DNA of 64,000 nt from Patescibacteria group bacterium (GTDB lineage Bacteria > Patescibacteriota > Gracilibacteria > UBA4473), in NCBI GenBank assembly GCA_965660445.1, contig CBFIAK010000001.1, positions 1-64,000 of the forward strand. Reading direction: 5' to 3'. This document shows, one piece after another, positions 57,970-64,000 of the stretch (its first letter is position 1; every line of letters starts with the position of its first letter). Position numbers and translations under genes: made by a program. The notes beneath the pieces are model-generated. The model was not told the DNA's origin. It made no database searches and saw only the letters and a list, made by a program, of their open reading frames with translations.

Positions 57970-57970
57970 T

Positions 57971-58402
57971 ATGAAAGAGAACCAAATAGCCATTTCATGG
58001 GATGACGAACACGAAATGAAAACAGAATGGATTCAGTTAGAAAAAGCCATTACTGATAGAGGATCAAAATATAGTATTACGGCTGGCAGAGTAAGAACCA
58101 ATACTGAAATAAAACAGTTTCTAAAGAAAGTGAAATCCAATAAAAAGTATGCAAAAGCGACACATAATACATATGCCGTTCGTGTTCGAAAAGACGGAAA
58201 AGTTTACGAAAGTAAGAACGATGACGGCGAAACAGGAGCGGGGATGGTTATTTTAAGACAACTACGCAATCACAACTGGGTAAATATAGTGGTAGTGGTG
58301 ACACGTTGGTTTGGAGGAATACAATTGCATGCCGATCGGTTTCGACATGTGCAAGATGGAACTGATATGATACTGAATGTTCTGGAAACAAAAAAAGAAT
58401 AG
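57971..58402 (+). CDS. YigZ/IMPACT family protein
   Basis: KATHN, DDGETGAG, VVTRWFGG. Confidence 0.92.
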   Translation: MKENQIAISWDDEHEMKTEWIQLEKAITDRGSKYSITAGRVRTNTEIKQFLKKVKSNKKYAKATHNTYAVRVRKDGKVYESKNDDGETGAGMVILRQLRNHNWVNIVVVVTRWFGGIQLHADRFRHVQDGTDMILNVLETKKE

Positions 58403-58458
58403 ATTTTTCGCAAAAACGAGGTACAGTTTGAACAATTATTATTTCGTATTCCACAAAG

Positions 58459-59328
58459 ATGACCATTCCTCCAGAAGTGATGACACAGATTAAAAAAGCT
58501 CAACAAGGAGAAATGACTGAGTATTATATCTACACAGCGTTATCGCAGAGAGTTTCCCATACACACAACCGAGACATTTTAACCCGCATTGCTGAACAAG
58601 AAAAATCACACAGTGAGTTTTGGGCACAATACACAGGCACACAAGCCACACCAAACGCATGGAAAGTATGGTGGTTTACAACTATTGCTCGTTTATTTGG
58701 GCTTACGTTTGGATTAAGACTTATGGAAAAAGGCGAAGTACATGCACAAAGCATGTACGCATCAATTATCGAGTATGTACCTGAAGGCAAATCTATACTT
58801 GAAGACGAAAAACAACACGAACAAGAACTCATCGAATTACTCCATGAAAAAAAACTCGATTACATGGGTTCGGTTGTTTTAGGACTTAACGATGCGTTGG
58901 TAGAACTAACAGGCGCACTAGCAGGATTATCGTTTGCGTTTCAGAACACACATCTTATTGCTGTCACAGGGCTCATTACAGGTGTAGCAGCATCGTTTTC
59001 GATGGCAGCATCTGAATATTTATCAAATAAAGCAGATGGGAACAAAGATGCTCATATATCGGCTTTGTATACAGGGTTAGCCTATATTGGAACGGTTCTC
59101 TTTTTAGTCACTCCATTTTTCGTATTCACGCATTACGCAGTTGCTTTGGGAGTTTCGCTCAGTATATCAATTTTGATTATTTTCTTTTTCAATTTTTACC
59201 TCTCTATTGCACGAAACACAGAGTTTTGGAAACGTTTTTTTGAGATGGCGGGTATTAGTCTTGGTGTATCAGCTCTGAGTTTTGGTATTGGTATTTTTGT
59301 ACGATTTTATTTTGGGATTGAGGTATAG
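58459..59328 (+). CDS. Rubrerythrin-like + VIT1/CCC1 transporter family protein
   Basis: EKSH/EKQHE diiron motifs; VLGLNDALVE, SMAASEYLS. Confidence 0.9.
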   Translation: MTIPPEVMTQIKKAQQGEMTEYYIYTALSQRVSHTHNRDILTRIAEQEKSHSEFWAQYTGTQATPNAWKVWWFTTIARLFGLTFGLRLMEKGEVHAQSMYASIIEYVPEGKSILEDEKQHEQELIELLHEKKLDYMGSVVLGLNDALVELTGALAGLSFAFQNTHLIAVTGLITGVAASFSMAASEYLSNKADGNKDAHISALYTGLAYIGTVLFLVTPFFVFTHYAVALGVSLSISILIIFFFNFYLSIARNTEFWKRFFEMAGISLGVSALSFGIGIFVRFYFGIEV

Positions 59329-59418
59329 CAAACACCAACCGTGTCCCGATATATCGAGAAACAGTATCCCTCCTTTTCATTGCCTCGTTTCACTCGTTAT
59401 TCAAAGCACATTCAACTG

Positions 59419-59507
59419 TGGCGGGCAGAATATGTCTCCTACCCTTTATAGCTATTATTTAATATTTCAATGAGACAAACAAGACACTATAAAAAAGGGT
59501 GTCTCAA
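59419..59507. repeat. Site A: first copy of a bipartite imperfect direct repeat (putative recombination site)
   Basis: TGGCGGGCAG (59419-28), then TGTCTC, then AATGAGACAAACAAGACACTATAAAAAAGGGTGTCTCAA (59469-59507). Confidence 0.8.
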
Positions 59508-59509
59508 AA

Positions 59510-62212
59510 TTAAAGATTATTTTTTGCCTTAATTAGCGCGATATCTTTATTATTATTTCTTGTTTTCAAAGAATCTAGGATCTTTTGACCTGCCTCTGGA
59601 GTCCAATATATTTTTAGGTTTTCTCTAGCTCGTGTAATAGCTGTATAAAAAATATTATGAGTAATCAACTCTTCTGTTTCGGCCGTGATTACAATCTTAA
59701 CCGAATTATATTCCAACCCTTGTGCTTTATGGATTGAAACTGCATAAGCTACCTGAAAAGGAATTATTGTGTCCAAAGAGTCATCATCTTCATCAGTACT
59801 TTTATACTTGTTAACAACAAAACGAATCACAGAGGTGTCATCAGATTCACTATCAAGAAGTTCAAGATCATACCTAGACGCTTCAAATCCATTGATAACT
59901 TTTCCAATTTCAATATCAAATTGTATTTGATCTTCAGAGCTATTTATATCGATGATTCTACCTTTTAAGTTATTATAAATTAAAGGCGAAAATCGTTCTG
60001 CCTCGTTAAACAAAATAGGATCATTGACCTTATAGGTTTGGATTCCCCATCTCACTGTTTTGTTTTTGTTATTATTTTGTAAAAACCTATTAATATTATT
60101 TATTCCATAAAGCCCATCATAATTTAAACAAAGAATAATTTCATCGTTTTGTGTATAATCAAAAATTGACTCATCAAGCCTTGCTGAATATTGGTTTCTT
60201 GTTATATGCTCAACAATATCATCATCAATATTTCGAACTTTATCCCAAAGATCAAGTAAGTTTTTATTTGTTGTTCGGTAAGGCTTCGTTAGTTCAAAAA
60301 CTGAATGATCTCGTATAAATGGTCTAATTACACTAAACCAATTTCCGAATAGAATTGATTCAATTTGGAATATGTCACCAACTAAAACTATAGATAAAAA
60401 AGAAACTTTCTCTAATATTTTTTGCATATCAGTATTACTAACAGTACTGCATTCATCAATAAAGAGTAGATCGAACTCACTATCTTGATTACTTCGAGAC
60501 AAGAACTTGGATATAGTTTGAAATTTGCAATTAGAGGCTTGAACTTTTCTTCTCAAATTATCTACAGCAGGGTTTGTGTTTGCTAGATAAAGTTTTCGTT
60601 CATCATTAAAAAAATGTGATATGTGATTTATCAGAGTTGATTTGCCAGTTCCTGCCGCACCATAAATTAGAGCTACTTTGGAGCTTTCAAACATTTGTTC
60701 AATAAACGATTTTTTTTGATCGCAATCAATATCGTAATCAGAAAAATTCAACCAAGCACTAACCGATTTCGAATAGTCTTTAAAGCCTGTTAATGAAAGA
60801 TCCTTTAATTCATTAATAATATATAATACATCTTTTTCATACCCCCTCATATAAATATGATTCTTATAGCTATCAAGTTTTCGATTTCCGTGAGTAAAAT
60901 AAAGTGAATTATTATAAGTTTGAATAAGATCATCAACATTCTCAAAATGATCTAACTCTTCTTGTGGAGTGTATAAATATCCATTAACTTCTGTGTTATT
61001 TTTCACAAATCTTGCGAGTATTTCGTGCTCTCTACCAGTTGAATCAATGCAATCAAACAAATCTGAAATTTTAGGATTATGGTTTTTTAGAGACGTATTA
61101 AATGGCATTTCATCAAAAGGAATACAACCATATTCAAGTTTTAAATCTGATAACTTTATACAAGATGTTCCTGTATACTGCTTTTTTATAATCTGGTTAT
61201 TTAACCGATAGAGCAAATAAGCAATAATATTATGACCTGCTTTTTTATTTTTAATTAAACCTCGACATTCGTCTAAAATACTCAAAAAATGTATAGTTTT
61301 AACTCTTGTTTTTAATGCATCCTGAAAATCTTTATAATTATCATCAGGAAGATTCATAATTTCAGGAACACTAAGACCAGACCTCTTAAGAAGAGACATT
61401 AGTTCTCGTGATTCTGGAGAGTTTCCTCTCATTTTAAGTTCACTTCCAAATATTTTGGCAAAATTATTGAGCTCACATGGCCTAATTGAGATCTCCCAAT
61501 CATCAATAATTTGAATCGGCATCTGTTTATTCAAAACACTTATATAATCATTACTAATTGAAAGTTTAACGGCATAATTTTTGGAAACATCAAATCGTGT
61601 AAATGCAATAATTCTATCAAATTTACTTATGTTATTACTTGCTCGAGTAAAAGTTACCTCATAATAAACTTCATATTGAACAAAAAAGGGTTTTATCTTT
61701 TGAATATAGTATCTGTCACCTGTGGATGATTTAGATCTTCTTGATGCTGGCTGTTTAATTTTGTCAACGATCTTTTCATAATACTCACTAAGTGCTGGAT
61801 CTGTATTTATGGGGAAATCACGAATATTACTAAGAACATCAAGTCCATACTGTCTTTTGAGAAAAGATCTTATTTTCAATAGGTATTCATAGTACTTCAA
61901 AATTAATCTTTCAGAGTTTTCTTCATCAAGGGTGTAATGAGAAGCTGAGATTTTTAACAAGCTATGAAATTTTTTTAAGAACTTCAACTTTCCCATTCGG
62001 CCTACAAAAGCATTAGCTTCCTCAATATTTTCGTAATTAATTTTTATATCATCCCCATTACTGAAAATCTTCAATGAGATATGTTCAACAAAATTCCTAA
62101 GCTGGGAAAGCATATTTTGAGAGAGAATACCCCTTTCTGTAACGTCAAATTTATCAATATTAGCACAAAGAAGTTTATCGATATCTAAGATGGCTTTATC
62201 TATTTTTTGCAT
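59510..62212 (-). CDS. SF1 (RecD-like) ATP-dependent helicase with a large unknown N-terminal region; candidate defence cargo
   Basis: GAAGTGKS, DECS, VGDIFQI, YR, YAVSIHKAQGLE, YTAITRAR. Confidence 0.85.
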   Translation of the reverse strand: MQKIDKAILDIDKLLCANIDKFDVTERGILSQNMLSQLRNFVEHISLKIFSNGDDIKINYENIEEANAFVGRMGKLKFLKKFHSLLKISASHYTLDEENSERLILKYYEYLLKIRSFLKRQYGLDVLSNIRDFPINTDPALSEYYEKIVDKIKQPASRRSKSSTGDRYYIQKIKPFFVQYEVYYEVTFTRASNNISKFDRIIAFTRFDVSKNYAVKLSISNDYISVLNKQMPIQIIDDWEISIRPCELNNFAKIFGSELKMRGNSPESRELMSLLKRSGLSVPEIMNLPDDNYKDFQDALKTRVKTIHFLSILDECRGLIKNKKAGHNIIAYLLYRLNNQIIKKQYTGTSCIKLSDLKLEYGCIPFDEMPFNTSLKNHNPKISDLFDCIDSTGREHEILARFVKNNTEVNGYLYTPQEELDHFENVDDLIQTYNNSLYFTHGNRKLDSYKNHIYMRGYEKDVLYIINELKDLSLTGFKDYSKSVSAWLNFSDYDIDCDQKKSFIEQMFESSKVALIYGAAGTGKSTLINHISHFFNDERKLYLANTNPAVDNLRRKVQASNCKFQTISKFLSRSNQDSEFDLLFIDECSTVSNTDMQKILEKVSFLSIVLVGDIFQIESILFGNWFSVIRPFIRDHSVFELTKPYRTTNKNLLDLWDKVRNIDDDIVEHITRNQYSARLDESIFDYTQNDEIILCLNYDGLYGINNINRFLQNNNKNKTVRWGIQTYKVNDPILFNEAERFSPLIYNNLKGRIIDINSSEDQIQFDIEIGKVINGFEASRYDLELLDSESDDTSVIRFVVNKYKSTDEDDDSLDTIIPFQVAYAVSIHKAQGLEYNSVKIVITAETEELITHNIFYTAITRARENLKIYWTPEAGQKILDSLKTRNNNKDIALIKAKNNL

Positions 62213-62308
62213 TCAAAAATAATTGAAGAAAATAATACTCTTATACTACTTTTTTGAAAAATATTGAATAGGATTCTTTATCCAAAAAAGGCAAAAGGGT
62301 CAATAAAC

Positions 62309-62603
62309 TGTAACATTATAGTCTTTAATTCCACTGCCCTTACTGATCTCTCCACCATAGTGACCAACCTTCCAACCCTTTCGACGACTCTAAGGGTTTA
62401 AACAGGTCTTAACAAGCAAAAATCATAATGTACCACTCCCTAGGAAGTAGATCACTATGACGTATTAGTGAATTGTATGGCGGGCAGGAACGGTCTCATG
62501 TCTTATCTGTCATTATCATTAGCCTTTTTTGTATATCTTTTTATCAAAATGAGACAAATGAGACACTATAAAAAAGGGGTGTCTCAATTTTCATAATGTT
62601 ACA
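62309..62603 (+). ncRNA. Candidate structured ncRNA or ssDNA element upstream of the recombinase
   Basis: 11-bp terminal inverted repeat enclosing five nested stems plus GAGAC/GTCTC hairpins (see findings); folded by eye only. Confidence 0.45.
62478..62587. repeat. Site B: second copy of the bipartite repeat
   Basis: TGGCGGGCAG (62478-87), then GGTCTCAT, then AATGAGACAAATGAGACACTATAAAAAAGGGGTGTCTCAA (62548-87). The core differs from site A by 2 substitutions and 1 indel. Confidence 0.8.
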
Positions 62604-62698
62604 AATGTTACACCGTAGAAGGGGCATTAAATAAGGAAAAAAATCCTAGACTTCAAAATCCATTGCGTCATCAATTGAATACAAATTTTATTCAACAA

Positions 62699-63937
62699 AT
62701 GAATAAGTTAGTACCAGAAGTGAAATACTGCATCTATGCGAGGAAGTCGAGTGAATCGGATGAGAAACAAGCCCTATCGATTGGATCACAGATAACCGAA
62801 ATGCAACGGCTGGCAGAAAAAGAAGGACTCAAGGTCGTTGAGAGCATCCAAGAGAGCAAATCTGCCAAAGACTCGGGGCAAAGAGCAGGATTTACACAGC
62901 TTCTCGCAGGGCTTGAGGAAGAGCGGTTCAATGCCATTCTCACATGGGCACCAGATCGGCTGAGTAGAAATGCGGGAGACCTTGGGAAACTGGTAGATCT
63001 AATGGATCAGAAGGTGCTTGTGAAGATTCAGACAAGCGGACAGGCATTCACAAACACTCCTGATGAAAAATTCCTGCTCATGATCCTGTGTTCTCAAGCC
63101 AAGTTAGAAAACGATAACAGGTCAAAGAATGTGAAACGAGGACAACGAACACGGTGCGAAATGGGAACTAGTCCTGGACCCGTGCCACTTGGATATAAAC
63201 TCATCCGAGGACAAAAATACGGAGAAGCGAGTAAGATTTTAATCGATACGGAACAAGCCCCATTCGTTAAAAAAGCATTCGAATATATCGCTTATGAGAA
63301 CTTAAGTGGACGACAGGTAAAAGAATATCTGGAAGATGAAGGATTCCGTAATAAACAAGGGAAAGTCATTGGATATAGTCGAATTTTCAAAATCATTAAA
63401 GAACCGTTTTACTACGGTGAGTTTGATTATGGAGGAATCCGATACAAAGGAACTCATAAACCGATAATCACAAAAGAACTCTTTGATGCTGTTCAAGACA
63501 AACTGCAAAAATATGCGGTTCGAGAAAAATGGGGACGAAAAGATTTTTACTTCAATCGGATTCTGAAATGTGCTGAGTGTGGATCAGGTGTCAGTGGAAC
63601 AGAACACACAAACAGACATGGAACCAAATACATCTACTACAAATGCAACAAATATGGCGGAACAAAAAAATGTAGTTGCAAATACATTCGAGAAGAAAAA
63701 CTTTTTGAAGAAGTGGCAAAAATCATTGTCGACGTAAAAGAAGAACATCTTCGAATGAATCGACGAATCAAAGAAGACTTAATAATGATAAATCGGCATC
63801 ACAGAGAAAAACCAATAACAATCCAAGAGCATTTAATCTCCATACTCAAGGATGGAACGAAAAAAGAGAAATCTGATATTTTGAGGAGTTTTAAAGAGAA
63901 ATTATTATTGAAAGATGGGAAAATAGTATTGTTTTAA
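62699..63937 (+). CDS. Large serine recombinase (resolvase + recombinase + Zn ribbon) with a truncated coiled coil
   Basis: YARKSSE catalytic Ser, DRLSRN, PLGY, PFYYG, HKPIITKELF, CAECG...YYKC...KC. Start placed at ATG 62699. Confidence 0.93.
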   Translation: MNKLVPEVKYCIYARKSSESDEKQALSIGSQITEMQRLAEKEGLKVVESIQESKSAKDSGQRAGFTQLLAGLEEERFNAILTWAPDRLSRNAGDLGKLVDLMDQKVLVKIQTSGQAFTNTPDEKFLLMILCSQAKLENDNRSKNVKRGQRTRCEMGTSPGPVPLGYKLIRGQKYGEASKILIDTEQAPFVKKAFEYIAYENLSGRQVKEYLEDEGFRNKQGKVIGYSRIFKIIKEPFYYGEFDYGGIRYKGTHKPIITKELFDAVQDKLQKYAVREKWGRKDFYFNRILKCAECGSGVSGTEHTNRHGTKYIYYKCNKYGGTKKCSCKYIREEKLFEEVAKIIVDVKEEHLRMNRRIKEDLIMINRHHREKPITIQEHLISILKDGTKKEKSDILRSFKEKLLLKDGKIVLF

Positions 63938-63984
63938 CGTCAGGAATATACGAAGTTTTGCGACTGAAAGGAGTAAAATTTGGG

Positions 63985-64000
63985 TGAAGCCTGCAAGGAT
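63985..64000 (-). tRNA. Possible 3' end of tRNA-Ala (or tmRNA), cut by the window edge
   Basis: Minus strand reads ATC-CTTGC-AGGCTTC-A: end of a T loop, 3' T-stem strand, acceptor strand with U70, and A73. Only 16 nt are visible. Confidence 0.3.

Larger units (their letters stand above)
59330..63985. mobile_element. Serine-recombinase-associated genomic island (boundaries approximate)
   Basis: Recombinase, repeat-flanked cargo helicase, break in housekeeping gene context, probable tRNA/tmRNA 3' end at the right. Confidence 0.6.

Noticed and set aside
59419-59440. TGGCGGGCAG as the reverse complement of a tRNA CCA end (also at 62478)
   Set aside because: No T-loop signature at the required spacing in either copy.
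59484-59503. ACACTATAAAAAAGGGTGT as an NrdR box
   Set aside because: Longer than the 16-bp NrdR palindrome and not upstream of nucleotide-reduction genes.
62309-62603. Retron msr-msd (terminal inverted repeats resemble a1/a2)
   Set aside because: No reverse transcriptase in the window; the neighbours are a helicase and a serine recombinase.
1-64000. Genetic code 25 (UGA=Gly), as in some Gracilibacteria
   Set aside because: Conserved genes are full length under code 11, and TGA terminates genes at expected ends (mnmA) and in ATGA/TGATG overlaps.
1-64000. CRISPR array or rRNA genes
   Set aside because: No regularly spaced repeat-spacer series and no long non-coding region with rRNA motifs.

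Overview
AT-rich bacterial chromosomal window, most consistent with a Patescibacteria/CPR organism of the Gracilibacteria-Peregrinibacteria type. This is inferred from Elp3, a DUF4012-like protein, a VirB2-like pilin, a short AlaRS and scattered translation genes. It uses genetic code 11: TGA acts as a stop, including ATGA/TGATG overlaps. Positions 1-59330 are densely packed housekeeping genes (elp3, fba, ftsK, dnaG, pyrH, bcp, rbfA, rdgB, class A PBP, lgt, dgt, rpe, jag, alaS, holB, tsaD, fusA, smpB, nrdR, adk, map, clpC, grpE, mnmA and others) mixed with orphans. Many genes appear leaderless. The last ~4.7 kb is an island: a 900-aa SF1 helicase flanked by two related palindromic sites, a ~295-nt nested-stem element, a large serine recombinase with a truncated coiled coil, and a probable tRNA-Ala/tmRNA 3' end at the window edge. 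The two most striking unannotated signals are (1) this recombinase-associated structured element and cassette-like repeats, and (2) a complete Phe-leader-peptide attenuator (10483-10634) upstream of a 54-aa orphan that converges on dnaG. All calls come from reading motifs by eye; no searches or folding programs were run.
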